A stretch of DNA of 64,000 nt, taken from Bdellovibrionota bacterium. GTDB taxonomy: Bacteria > Bdellovibrionota_C > UBA2361 > CALJRW01. The position numbers and the translations under genes are program-made. Location: positions 1 to 64,000 of the forward strand of contig JBGSMD010000015.1 of assembly GCA_041740355.1 (NCBI GenBank), given 5' to 3'. A model generated the notes under the pieces. The model made no database searches. It was given only the letters and a program-made list of their open reading frames with translations, and was not told the DNA's origin. Positions 38,885 through 49,234 of this stretch are shown piece by piece (position 1 is the stretch's first letter; every line of letters begins with the position of its first letter).

Positions 38885-40015
38885 ATGAAACTCTCCACAA
38901 AATTCTTCTCATTTCTGATTCAAATACTCACATTTATAAGCCTTTCCCCAGTTTTAGGACTTACTCAAGTTCCAGATAATACTTTTAGTTCTGAGAATCA
39001 GACTTTTAGCTGGAAGACCATTATTAAAGACCCTGATGTCATTTGGGGAATGGATTTCCTTTCACCAGAAGAGTTAATTTACAGTACCAAACAGGGTAAA
39101 ATTAAGATTGTAAATTTAACTAGCAAAACAATTAAATCACTTGCGGGAGTCCCTGAAATTAATATCTTAGGACAAGGTGGCCTGTTAGATCTCCGTTATC
39201 ATCCGGAATCAAAATATTTATATTTTACCTATGCTAAGAAAAATCTTTTCGGCAAACATACTACAGTCTTAGGAAGAGGTAAGATCAAAGACTCTGAGTT
39301 ATTTAATCATGAAAATCTATTAATTGCTGACGCCTACAGTACTCATGGAGAACACTTTGGGTCGCGAATTGAATTTCAAGATCAATACCTATTTTTTTCA
39401 ATTGGAGATCGTGGACTGCGTGATGAAGCACAAAATTTAGCACTACATAACGGAAAGATTTTAAGGTTAACATTGAATGGCAAAGTACCTAAAGATAATC
39501 CTTTTCAAAAAGATTCTTTCGCCAAAGCAGAAATCTGGAGCTACGGTCATCGCAATCCTCAGGGGCTTGCGCTTAATCCAGTTACTAAGGAACTTTGGGA
39601 AGCTGAGTTTGGTCCCCAAGGTGGCGATGAAATTAATCTGATCTCAGCAGGAAAAAATTATGGTTGGCCAAAAATTACATATGGCGAAGAATATGGTGGA
39701 GGAAAAATCTCCGAAACTTCCGCGCTTGGCATGGAACAGCCAATCAAATATTGGGTCCCTTCTATTTCCCCCTCTGGCATTTCTTTCTACAATCATGACC
39801 GCATTCCTAACTGGAAAGGTAATTTATTTATGTCAACTCTTAGTGGACAACATCTAAGACGTCTTGTGATTAAAGATAATAAAGTTATTCGGGAGGAAAG
39901 TTTACTTCACAATTTAGGAATTCGTTTTCGCTGTATTCGAATAGCGCCAGATGGCCGATTATTTGTCTCCACAGATGATGGGCAAATTATCATAATTGCT
40001 AACCTTAATTCATAA
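38885..40015 (+). CDS. PQQ-dependent sugar dehydrogenase (GSDH/YliI family)
   Basis: GQGGLLD, HFGSRI, SYGHRNPQG, GGDEIN, NYGWP motifs. Confidence 0.93.
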   Translation: MKLSTKFFSFLIQILTFISLSPVLGLTQVPDNTFSSENQTFSWKTIIKDPDVIWGMDFLSPEELIYSTKQGKIKIVNLTSKTIKSLAGVPEINILGQGGLLDLRYHPESKYLYFTYAKKNLFGKHTTVLGRGKIKDSELFNHENLLIADAYSTHGEHFGSRIEFQDQYLFFSIGDRGLRDEAQNLALHNGKILRLTLNGKVPKDNPFQKDSFAKAEIWSYGHRNPQGLALNPVTKELWEAEFGPQGGDEINLISAGKNYGWPKITYGEEYGGGKISETSALGMEQPIKYWVPSISPSGISFYNHDRIPNWKGNLFMSTLSGQHLRRLVIKDNKVIREESLLHNLGIRFRCIRIAPDGRLFVSTDDGQIIIIANLNS

Positions 40016-40272
40016 GTATCCCTAATTATTTGGCTTTTAATAATAATAGCTTAGTTTTGCACCGAAAATACCCCAAAATAATCCTAATAAAGTCGATATC
40101 TCTAACTTTCGCGATCTTCGTATTGCAGTTATAATGCAAATAGAAATCTAAGCGATTGTTGCTTAGGTCTCAGGTTTTTTACTTAGGTCTCCGACAAATA
40201 AATTTAGAATTGATTGCACTGATGTGATCTATTCTAATAACCTTGGTCAAGGATTTAGATAAAGGTTTTATC

Positions 40273-41697
40273 ATGAAAATACTTAAACAACTCATCTTCG
40301 GATTAATCCCATTAATTGCTAACTTGGCCTACTCGGCACCAATTGATTACAATAATGATTCTTTTTCCGACCCTTCTGCCGTTACTGTGGAAAGTAAATT
40401 AAAATGGCTTTCAATTATCGATAATCAAAACGAAACTGTAATCGACTCCTTTGGTAAAGCTGGACAACATCTTGTCCCTGGCAAGTACAATTCACGAAAA
40501 ACCCAACCTGCAACTGTAGATTCTAGTGGTGTGTGGAGAATTAGCGATGAATCAAGTATTAACTTTGGAGATAGTGATTCAGTGTTTATCGCCGGTGCCG
40601 ACTTTGATGGTGACGATCGCACTGACCTAGCATACTCGTCTAATGCTTGCCTGAATGTTAAATCAAATTTTAGTATTTTAACAAATCCACTTGGAGAAAA
40701 TCCAATATATCGAGAATTCTCTTCAATTCGCGGCTCATACTTTAAAACCTACTTAGATTCTAATAACGATAATATCGATGAACTATGTTCCTTGATCCCT
40801 GTTAGGATTGCTCGACAATTTACTAATAAATTTAAGATTCGCTGCACTAATATTATAACAAGTTCCAAGAGTGTTAGCTTTAATTTGGGGCAAGTATTTA
40901 ACGCTCCAATTCGCGTCAAAGTAAAGAATCAAGCAGATCTCCTAATGATCTATACTCAGACTGCCAGTAAGACTAGAATCAGACTTCTAAACACACGTGG
41001 CCAGACAATAAGTAAAGCTGTGATTGAGGCAAATGGCACGATTGTCGTGGGCAATTTTACTTCTCAAGATTCTGAACAAATTGCTGTAGTGAAAGATGGA
41101 GTCGGAAAGGTATTTGATATTTTAACTCAGACTACTACCGATCTTGCTTTTCCAGATGGTATTCCATACGACCAAGTTAATATTATAAACTTTCAAGACA
41201 ATCAGGATTGTTTCTGTACTTCTCGTACTATTAATCAAAATGGGAATTGCAAAGGAAGCACTAAAAATCCTCAGGTTCCACCAGTAGAAGAAGTTAAGGA
41301 ATATTATATCCCTGACAACTGTAGTAATCCTCCAGAATATATCACTCCAAACGATGGTTTTAAGTGTATTGCTAGCGCCACTAGAAATGGAAGCATTGTC
41401 TGTATTTTACCTTACCAGTTTACCTGGGAACCTCGTCGTAATATTACTGATCATCATGGTTATACTTTTGGATGTAATAAAAATGATGAGCATTTCGATA
41501 AAGTAGAACTTGTTTTAAAAACGGGTGAGCGTATTCCCTTAGCTTTTGCTTACTGTGCTAACTATGTAGCTACTGCTGATGGACCAATTGGTCGACAGCA
41601 CTTTCGAAATGAAAACTATCAATGGAATAGTGTTGCCAATAGGGTTGTCACTTTAGAAATGGTCAAAGGCAATAAAAAAACTTGTTTGAAGTTTTAA
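40273..41697 (+). CDS. Secreted protein with FG-GAP/VCBS-like Ca-binding motifs and Cys-rich C-terminal domain
   Basis: Signal peptide from ATG 40273; DYNNDSFSD, DFDGDDRTD, DSNNDNIDE. Confidence 0.75.
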   Translation: MKILKQLIFGLIPLIANLAYSAPIDYNNDSFSDPSAVTVESKLKWLSIIDNQNETVIDSFGKAGQHLVPGKYNSRKTQPATVDSSGVWRISDESSINFGDSDSVFIAGADFDGDDRTDLAYSSNACLNVKSNFSILTNPLGENPIYREFSSIRGSYFKTYLDSNNDNIDELCSLIPVRIARQFTNKFKIRCTNIITSSKSVSFNLGQVFNAPIRVKVKNQADLLMIYTQTASKTRIRLLNTRGQTISKAVIEANGTIVVGNFTSQDSEQIAVVKDGVGKVFDILTQTTTDLAFPDGIPYDQVNIINFQDNQDCFCTSRTINQNGNCKGSTKNPQVPPVEEVKEYYIPDNCSNPPEYITPNDGFKCIASATRNGSIVCILPYQFTWEPRRNITDHHGYTFGCNKNDEHFDKVELVLKTGERIPLAFAYCANYVATADGPIGRQHFRNENYQWNSVANRVVTLEMVKGNKKTCLKF

Positions 41698-41770
41698 ATC
41701 CTTAAAGATAAGTAAGTAATTGTGGATTGCTGAGTTATAAGGAAACTATACTGCCTTGTAACTCAGTGTT

Positions 41771-41914
41771 TATAGTAAGCCACAAAAAGTAATTTCCTTT
41801 GGGAATTACTTTTTGGGGCTTACTATCCCCCGGAGGGATAATAAAATCATATAGTTATGACAAAAAACAAAACTTACTTTAAACATTCGAAAAATACTTT
41901 TTTTCATAACTATA
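41771..41914. mobile_element. 146-bp-family MITE-like element (144 bp, inverted orientation)
   Basis: tatagtaagcc...cataactata. Confidence 0.85.
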
Positions 41915-42387
41915 TTCACACAGCTATTATCAGTCCTATATCTAAATTGTAACTTAGATCTAACCTAATATATCTCGTAAAGTCTCACTGTTTTTTGTTG
42001 ATGGAAAAGGCAAAAAGTTTATCAATAAATTTATGCCGATTACTAAACACTTTAACGGAATGTTTATTCTTCTAATTATTAACTACTTTTTGGGCACAAT
42101 CATTGCTTAAAGGCTTTATATCTAGATATTAAAAGCGAATATAATTTCTAAATACTAACCGTTAAAATCTTTCAAATATCAAAAAAAATTATTAAAATTT
42201 CTTGTTTATTATTATATAATAAACAAGTTATGGGTTTTTCATGTATGGTCTTCAACAAAGTAAATACTTTGTTATTTATGTATCGAATAAATTGGGCGGA
42301 AATCAATCTAATTTAATTAAGCAAAAGAAAAGCTTGAATATTTAAGAATTGTTTTTTGAAATAGTGATTATTAACTTTGGAGGCATG

Positions 42388-42564
42388 ATGAAAAAAAGGA
42401 ATTCCAATAGTATTCAAACCAAACTTATCTGGAAAGATTACTCCCCCAGAGAACTATACGAATTGTCAGTACGCATGATGGAGGAGAGGATTGCTATTAA
42501 TCGACACAATCGAATTATCAGTAATTTCAGTGATAATAACACCACAAAATATCGAGCCTCATAG
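42388..42564 (+). CDS. Small hypothetical protein (about 58 aa)
   Basis: GGAGG RBS at 42379-42383 before ATGATG. Confidence 0.5.
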   Translation: MKKRNSNSIQTKLIWKDYSPRELYELSVRMMEERIAINRHNRIISNFSDNNTTKYRAS

Positions 42565-42672
42565 ATTAAGCTAACTTTAGCATTGTCATACTAAATCAAA
42601 TTCCTTAGTATTGTAATAGTTCACATCACATGAAAGGGTTCAGAATACCTAAAAAATTGTGGGTGGGGAAAC

Positions 42673-42818
42673 TATCCGTTCACAGAAATGGAATAAATCA
42701 TTTCCGCCGTTGCACTTGGTGCTATGGCGTGACAAGCAGATTTTGACCAAGGAACAAATTAACTTTTTGCTCTTTAAAAATCTTTGCAAAGCACTGTTGA
42801 CTTCTTTGTGAACGGATA
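42673..42818. repeat. 146-bp TA-bounded element with 12-bp terminal inverted repeat, unrelated internal sequence
   Basis: tatccgttcaca ... tgtgaacggata. Confidence 0.5.
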
Positions 42819-42833
42819 CCTAAGATTTAGCCT

Positions 42834-43451
42834 ATGTCAAAAAAACAAACAGCACTATGTGCACTCTTCCTACCCCTTGCCATTTTAATTGGATATTTTC
42901 TTTACGTTACAATAATTAGTGGTCAACCTTATACCTCGATCAACCTACTTCAAAATACAAAAGCACAACTTGGCAATTTCAGTTTTAGTTCCATAGATCA
43001 AAGCAGCACCAGCAAAATTGACCCGCTACCCTTATCTCCAAAAGGGAACCCTTACCGCATAAACCTTACCGTGGGATACACACATAAAGTGGGTCGTGCG
43101 AGCTTAAAGCAAACAGAGTATTCTCACCATTTAACAGTAAGAGATCCTAGTGGGCAGATTCTTAAGGAAAGTTCTAAAACCTATAAAAAGAAAAATAAGC
43201 TTGGCGGTAACACAAAACTAACAGTTAACACAGAATCCTTGGGTACTCTAAGGGTAACAAAAGATGATATTTATGATTTAGACTTAAAGGTTGACAGTGG
43301 GAATGCTGAAATTCACTCTATTCAGTTACATATAAGAAAGAATGTTGTAGAATTTAATCCAATAATTTTAATCCTGTTAATCTTAAGCATTTTTCCCGGA
43401 TTTATCTTAACAATAAAAAATTTCTCTAAAAAAGAAAGAATTATTAACTAG
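42834..43451 (+). CDS. Hypothetical membrane protein (N- and C-terminal TM helices)
   Basis: Hydrophobic ends around a soluble beta-rich core. Confidence 0.7.
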   Translation: MSKKQTALCALFLPLAILIGYFLYVTIISGQPYTSINLLQNTKAQLGNFSFSSIDQSSTSKIDPLPLSPKGNPYRINLTVGYTHKVGRASLKQTEYSHHLTVRDPSGQILKESSKTYKKKNKLGGNTKLTVNTESLGTLRVTKDDIYDLDLKVDSGNAEIHSIQLHIRKNVVEFNPIILILLILSIFPGFILTIKNFSKKERIIN

Positions 43452-43563
43452 TTAGTTAATCAGCTAAAAATATTGAGTATGCTAGTTAAACAAGTCGACA
43501 ACTAAACGGTCTTAAAAAAAATAGACAAAACAAGTAACAAATTGATTCTAAGAGCCATAACCT

Positions 43564-45786
43564 GTGGCAATGGACCCATTGTTTAACCAGAGAATTTTAC
43601 CTGCAAATTACGAGGCAAGTCCCTTAGCTGCTAGTAAAGCCTTGCTCGTAGCTTGTGACAAATGTGCAATTGAGGAACTACTTACTCTCGGTTTAAAGCC
43701 CAACTTAGAAGAACATCAACATTGGACAGATATCATTTTTTCTATTCCAAATGTCGACTGGATTCAAACTGGAAAACTCGTCTTATTCTTATTTGATCAT
43801 GTCAAAGCAGTTTCGGACTCTGGACTACCCTTTCCTACGGCAGAAGAGTTAACTCAAATTGCTGCTAGTAAATTCTCTAAATATTTTGACCAAGCAGGAG
43901 ATTTTGGTAGTAAATTCATATTTGAATACATGTCGGCTCCATGCGAACCAAGTAAGCGACTACTAGCAGGATTTGCACCCTCAATTATCCCTGACTACTT
44001 TGCTTGCAATTTAAATTCGATAGAATTAAATCCAGAAAATAAAGAAACGATTGTTAGTAATATTAATACGATTAGGCCATTTTTTGCTTTGCTAAAAATG
44101 GTAGCAGAAACCTTACCAGAACACTTTGAAGAAATATTTCAAGGAATAAAAACAGATGTATTAGAACATAAGTCTATTATGGCGTCGCGGGAAGATCATA
44201 ATGGTAGTTGGATCCAAATGATTTACTTTGGAATGCTTGTAAATCTTCATCAGCAATCCTTTGAAGTTCTTCAGGAAATTTGTATCGACCGTAAAGTTGC
44301 TGGCTCAGTTTACACTCTATATAAATCCTTATACTTAAACGAGCTACAGAATGATTTTCAACAAGCCTGCACTCATAAAGATATCATTTTTGATCTGCCG
44401 GCACGTGAGCAAAAAAAATTAGGAGATATTATTCAACATGTTAATGAGTCCGCTGTTGAGATTTTTAAATTTTATCTCGAAAATCCAAAATTAATTCCGC
44501 TACTAGAAAAAATTGCAAAATCTAATGTGGAAGAATTTCAGAAGCAGCAAGCAATAATTTCTTTTGTTCAACATCTCACAAATGGGTCTCCTGATCTCCA
44601 AAATTTAATATTGGCAGCGTCCACAGATCCGAAGAAATTGATTGCAATTTTAAACCCAGAATTCCTGTGTAATCTCAGTAGCGCAACTGCTGATTTTTGT
44701 AATAAAGTTCACGCTTTCTTACTTCTCTCCAAAGACCCGGCTCTTTACTCGCCATTAATAGTTGCAATTGAAAACGACGAACAAGATCGTGCCAGTATTA
44801 TGTTAGCGGGCATTAAATTCATTAATAAGCCTGGGGATCTAGCTAATCATTCGAAGCGAATTACTTATGTTGAACGAATAGCGCATCTTTCAGAATCAGA
44901 TTTACCAAACGTCATTGATGAGAATTTTGTTTTCCAGATAATTTCTCACAAATCCCCAAAGAATCTTAACGGATCAAACGAATCCGAATGCTTTTCAAAA
45001 TCTAAACGAAAGTTATTTAACTTTACCGATTCATCACTCAATAGTATCTATAATAGATTCCAAGCTTTAAAATCTGGCCGACTTTTTATTGACTTAGTAA
45101 ATAGTTTTGGCGAAAAATCAAAGTCAGTCCTAAAGGCTGTTGAACATATTGAGAAACACCTAGAGAATGATTTTTATAGATCATTCCTAAACGATCCAGA
45201 ACTTCGTCGCAACTATTTTCAGTCAATTTTAGTGAACTCTGATTTTCAACAAGAATTTGAAGAAAGAATGGTACTTAACAGAAGCCAAAAAGTGAATACA
45301 AAATCAGAAGTAGAGCTTTTTAAAAAGTGGTTTCAAAGTAAGATTCAAGAATCGAAGCTACCTCCAACAAATGGATCTGTGCTTCAAACTGAATCCGAAG
45401 AACCTTCCAATATTACCTCACATTTTAGACCTCCACCACCATTTAATAGAATAGTGATTGTTGCCCCAACTGAGAAAATTAGATTGGATTTAATTCGAAT
45501 TCGGGCAACAATCCCAAGCCTAAGTCCCAATATGATTCAAATTATTAACTCAGAGATGAGAACCCCGCTTTTGGATACCGCACGCCATTTGAAGCCAGAC
45601 CGCTTAATGCTTTTTATGGCTTCTAATTGCTCCCATTCCACTTACTATTCATTATTAGCTAACATTCCTGATTCCCGTCGGAATAATCTTTATAAGTTTT
45701 ATGGAGTTGGTGCGCTCAATAAACTTCTGGGCGAATTAGACTCTTGGAAGAAAATTTTTGATGATATTGAAACTAATAAAATATAA
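43564..45786 (+). CDS. Hypothetical helical protein with possible C-terminal DUF2325-like domain
   Basis: 740-aa ORF; C-terminal RIVIVAP...D.LMLF.ASNCSHSTYY...G..ALNKLL. Confidence 0.65.
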   Translation: MAMDPLFNQRILPANYEASPLAASKALLVACDKCAIEELLTLGLKPNLEEHQHWTDIIFSIPNVDWIQTGKLVLFLFDHVKAVSDSGLPFPTAEELTQIAASKFSKYFDQAGDFGSKFIFEYMSAPCEPSKRLLAGFAPSIIPDYFACNLNSIELNPENKETIVSNINTIRPFFALLKMVAETLPEHFEEIFQGIKTDVLEHKSIMASREDHNGSWIQMIYFGMLVNLHQQSFEVLQEICIDRKVAGSVYTLYKSLYLNELQNDFQQACTHKDIIFDLPAREQKKLGDIIQHVNESAVEIFKFYLENPKLIPLLEKIAKSNVEEFQKQQAIISFVQHLTNGSPDLQNLILAASTDPKKLIAILNPEFLCNLSSATADFCNKVHAFLLLSKDPALYSPLIVAIENDEQDRASIMLAGIKFINKPGDLANHSKRITYVERIAHLSESDLPNVIDENFVFQIISHKSPKNLNGSNESECFSKSKRKLFNFTDSSLNSIYNRFQALKSGRLFIDLVNSFGEKSKSVLKAVEHIEKHLENDFYRSFLNDPELRRNYFQSILVNSDFQQEFEERMVLNRSQKVNTKSEVELFKKWFQSKIQESKLPPTNGSVLQTESEEPSNITSHFRPPPPFNRIVIVAPTEKIRLDLIRIRATIPSLSPNMIQIINSEMRTPLLDTARHLKPDRLMLFMASNCSHSTYYSLLANIPDSRRNNLYKFYGVGALNKLLGELDSWKKIFDDIETNKI

Positions 45787-46210
45787 GCTTAGCACCTAAG
45801 CTATCTTTATTTTTCTGGAGACGTCTAGCTAAATCAGCTCTTCTTTCGACTACTATCTTACGACGATTAGTTAATCCATCTAAACTATCAATTATAGCTT
45901 GATCTCCAGAAGTAAATGCCTGCTTATTTAAGTTGACTCTCAGAACTATCTCAGTGAAGATCCCTTGTCTTGCTTCTCCCAGAGATAATTTTTGATATTC
46001 ATTTTGAAGTTTACTAATTTCTTCATCCGCCAATCTTACGTTCTTTAGATTACCCAAAAACTTATTCTCTAAATTGGAAATTTCTTGATCGAATTTACTT
46101 AATTCATTAGTAAGTGATTGGATCTTTTGATTGGTATCATAGCCATAGGCAATCAATAAAATTACAAAAAACACACTCAAGAAAATTATCAGGATCTTTG
46201 TTTGTCGCAT
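45773..46210 (-). CDS. Membrane-anchored coiled-coil protein, divergent LemA-like
   Basis: N-terminal TM; IDSLDGLTNRRKIVVERR resembles the LemA ELxxTENRI motif; follows lemA. Confidence 0.6.
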   Translation of the reverse strand: MRQTKILIIFLSVFFVILLIAYGYDTNQKIQSLTNELSKFDQEISNLENKFLGNLKNVRLADEEISKLQNEYQKLSLGEARQGIFTEIVLRVNLNKQAFTSGDQAIIDSLDGLTNRRKIVVERRADLARRLQKNKDSLGAKLIFY

Positions 46211-46284
46211 GATAGTATAAAGAAAATATTAAATTACCTAAGAATCATATTGCTCAAAATGTTTATCGTTTAGAAAAAGTAATT

Positions 46285-46842
46285 TTAGGACTCTAGATTT
46301 ACAATTGGAGTCTGGTTAACTTCATCAGGGGCATCAAAAAATATTCGCTTTTCAAAGCCACCTAACATCGATGCGAGGTTAGATGGAAAGATTAATTGTA
46401 AGTTTTGGTAAAGACTTACCGATTGGTTATAAGCATGACGTCTTTCAGCAATTAAATTTTCTGTATCACTAAGCTCAGTTTGCAGGGTTAAAAATTGCTC
46501 ACTAGCTTTAAGATCAGGGTAACTCTCCGCAATGGCCATTAACTGAAATACTGAGTTATTTAATTCTGGTAAAGCTTGATTAGCCTTTTCTGCCCTAGAA
46601 GAATCTATACCCTTAGTCCTGGCTTGAATTGTTTCCAAAAGTGTACTCTTTTCATGACTGGCATACCCTTTTGCTACAGACACAAGGTTTGCAATCAAAT
46701 CAAAGCGTCGCTTTAACTGCACTTCTACATTAGACCAAGCTTGATCAACACCTGTTCGCGCTGAAATTAATGCATTGAAAGTTAAGTAGTACCAATAAAG
46801 GATTACTAAACCAATAATTATTATTACACTTGTTATTACCAT
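46285..46842 (-). CDS. lemA: LemA family protein
   Basis: AWSNVEVQLKRRFDLI, AESYPDLKAS, FPSN motifs. Confidence 0.93.
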   Translation of the reverse strand: MVITSVIIIIGLVILYWYYLTFNALISARTGVDQAWSNVEVQLKRRFDLIANLVSVAKGYASHEKSTLLETIQARTKGIDSSRAEKANQALPELNNSVFQLMAIAESYPDLKASEQFLTLQTELSDTENLIAERRHAYNQSVSLYQNLQLIFPSNLASMLGGFEKRIFFDAPDEVNQTPIVNLES

Positions 46843-48047
46843 CCTCTTGACGCTCCTCCTCCACCACTGGAACCACCTCCAAAACTTCCACCACCGCTAC
46901 TACCCGAGGAAGAACTACTGGAAGAACTAATTCTTGGAATTATTTGTTCCTTTGTGAAATTAAATTTACAATCCTGGCAAACAAATTCCTCCAAGCTTTT
47001 TCCTGAATTGCTTCGAGTTGCATGAACTAAGATTGTAGTTTTTTTATGCTTCCCAGTAAGCGCCTGACACTGTGGACATTTCTGAGCTCTTGTAAAAAAT
47101 GTTTTATACCCTTTTACTTCGTTATGCAGGCAAGCAGAACAATGCCAAACATCATAATCTACTGATTTGAATTTTTCCTCAGCTAATTGCGACTTATTCA
47201 AATGCTGATCATCAAGATCTTCAGCAAGTCGAACCATCGGAGAGGAGCAATGCTTACATTTTTTGGGAGCATTTCTTTTATATCGGCTTAGATTTAATAG
47301 GGTAGCAAAAAACCCTAGGATACCTGCGATGATATGAGTTACTGAATCTAGTTTTCCTGGGACTAAGGTGTAATAGTATTTGCCGCCTAAAAATAATGAT
47401 ACTAAGAGTAGTATAAAAAATATAAAAACCACAGGACTATAAGATTTACGACCAAATAATATAGCATACAAAAAGAAAGCTCCCGCAACTATAGCAAAGC
47501 CAAAGCTTAGATGTTGAAATTTTTTCCGTGCGCTGAGTAGGTACCAAGGCGTAGAGCTTGAAACGCCCTTGGCCATTTCCGGATTGTTGCGTAATGTACC
47601 AATAACTCTAAGTGTCGTTTGAGTTATCCCCTCCTGATAATTACCCTGCTTAAAAAATGGAATTGCCTTTTCATCTAAAATCTCTCCACATAAAGAATCA
47701 GTCAATAAATCTTCTAAGCCATAGCCAACATGAATTCTGGTTTTCCTGGTAAGAACTGCAACTATAATTAACACGCCATTATTAAACTCACGCTTACCAA
47801 TACCCCATTCATTAAATGTCTGCTGAGCAAAATCTTCTATTGAAGCTCCTCCTGTATCATCTACCGTTAATACTGCGACCTCCGCAGAAGTTTCTCTTTC
47901 TAGTTGAATTAATTGCTGATTAAGAGAATTTTCGGCTGCCTCAGTCAGCAGATTAGCACGATCGTAAACTGCTGGACCTGACTGAGCCAGAGAGGAACTG
48001 GAAACCAAGAAAAAGAAAGTTAAAAAAATGACTAGATATCGAATCAA
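46836..48047 (-). CDS. TPM-domain (YgcG-like) membrane protein with Zn-ribbon region
   Basis: WGIGK..NNGVL, VGYGLE; four CxxC pairs; GGGSFGGGSSGGGGASRGW tail. Confidence 0.9.
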   Translation of the reverse strand: MIRYLVIFLTFFFLVSSSSLAQSGPAVYDRANLLTEAAENSLNQQLIQLERETSAEVAVLTVDDTGGASIEDFAQQTFNEWGIGKREFNNGVLIIVAVLTRKTRIHVGYGLEDLLTDSLCGEILDEKAIPFFKQGNYQEGITQTTLRVIGTLRNNPEMAKGVSSSTPWYLLSARKKFQHLSFGFAIVAGAFFLYAILFGRKSYSPVVFIFFILLLVSLFLGGKYYYTLVPGKLDSVTHIIAGILGFFATLLNLSRYKRNAPKKCKHCSSPMVRLAEDLDDQHLNKSQLAEEKFKSVDYDVWHCSACLHNEVKGYKTFFTRAQKCPQCQALTGKHKKTTILVHATRSNSGKSLEEFVCQDCKFNFTKEQIIPRISSSSSSSSGSSGGGSFGGGSSGGGGASRGW

Positions 48048-48205
48048 GTTAGACTTTAAAAAAACTATGCTTCAATATTTTAAACGTGAGCTAGGGCTGT
48101 TAGCAAGATATTGTTTGTGTTGCCCTAATCCGAGTAAACCATTTGCCTTTACCTAAAAAAACTGCCACAGTTATCCGCGCAAATCTTTTAATCTAAAAAT
48201 TAATT

Positions 48206-49159
48206 ATGACTATAACCTGGACTCTCTCTCAAGCCCAAGAAATTTTTAATTTGCCATTTAACGACCTGCTTTTCCAAGCCCAAACTGTCCATCGAGCAAA
48301 TTTTAAGCCAAATTCTTTACAAATTAGCACGCTCCTTAGTATTAAAACCGGAAGTTGCCCTGAAAACTGTTCCTATTGTCCGCAGTCGGCACATCATCAA
48401 ACTGGTTTAAAAAAAGAACCATTAATAAAAATTGATGAGGTTATTGAAGCCGCCAAACGAGCTAAAGCCGCTGGCAGTACTCGATTCTGTATGGGTGCTG
48501 CTTGGCGCGGACCTAAAGATCAGGACTTAGAAAAAGTCTGTGAAATGGTCAAAGAAGTTAAAAGCCTTGGACTAGAAACATGCGTCACTCTTGGACTATT
48601 AAAAGATCATCAAGCTTCAATGCTAAAAGAGGCTGGATTAGATTTCTATAATCATAATATTGATACATCCGAAGAGTATTACGAGAAGATTATTACAACC
48701 CGTACATTTGCGGATCGTTTACAAACGCTAGAAAATGTTCGCAACGCAAATCTAAAAGTTTGTTGTGGGGGCATTCTGGGAATGGGAGAAACCAATGACG
48801 ATCGTTTAAAAATGTTGTTAGAGTTGGCAAATCTAACTGAACAACCAGAATCAGTTCCTATAAACCAATTGATAAAAATTCCTGGCACACCGCTAGCAAA
48901 TGTGGCGGATGTCGATCCTTTTGATTTTGTAAGAACAATTGCTTTGGCCAGAATTTTAATGCCAAAATCCTATGTTCGCTTATCTGCGGGGCGAGAGCAA
49001 ATGTCTGATGAACTTCAAGCACTCTGCTTTATGGCTGGTGCTAATTCCATTTTCTACGGCGAGAAATTACTTACCGCTGACAATCCTGAACCCGAAGAAG
49101 ACAATCGTCTACTCCAAAGACTTGGATTAGAAAGAGAATCTTTAAATTTGATTAATTAA
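48206..49159 (+). CDS. bioB: Biotin synthase
   Basis: [11 protein letters not shown] radical-SAM motif, [26 protein letters not shown]. Confidence 0.97.
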   Translation: MTITWTLSQAQEIFNLPFNDLLFQAQTVHRANFKPNSLQISTLLSIKTGSCPENCSYCPQSAHHQTGLKKEPLIKIDEVIEAAKRAKAAGSTRFCMGAAWRGPKDQDLEKVCEMVKEVKSLGLETCVTLGLLKDHQASMLKEAGLDFYNHNIDTSEEYYEKIITTRTFADRLQTLENVRNANLKVCCGGILGMGETNDDRLKMLLELANLTEQPESVPINQLIKIPGTPLANVADVDPFDFVRTIALARILMPKSYVRLSAGREQMSDELQALCFMAGANSIFYGEKLLTADNPEPEEDNRLLQRLGLERESLNLIN

Positions 49160-49162
49160 GCA

Positions 49163-49201
49163 TAAAAAAAGGTTCGAGAAAAATCTTTTCTCGAACCCCT
49201 T
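49163..49201. terminator. Intrinsic terminator between convergent bioB and helicase
   Basis: ggttcgagaaaa-atc-ttttctcgaacc with a flanking A-run (U-tract on the minus strand). Confidence 0.8.
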
Positions 49202-49234
49202 CTTAAGAGCAATCAGTAGAACAATACGTTCTGG

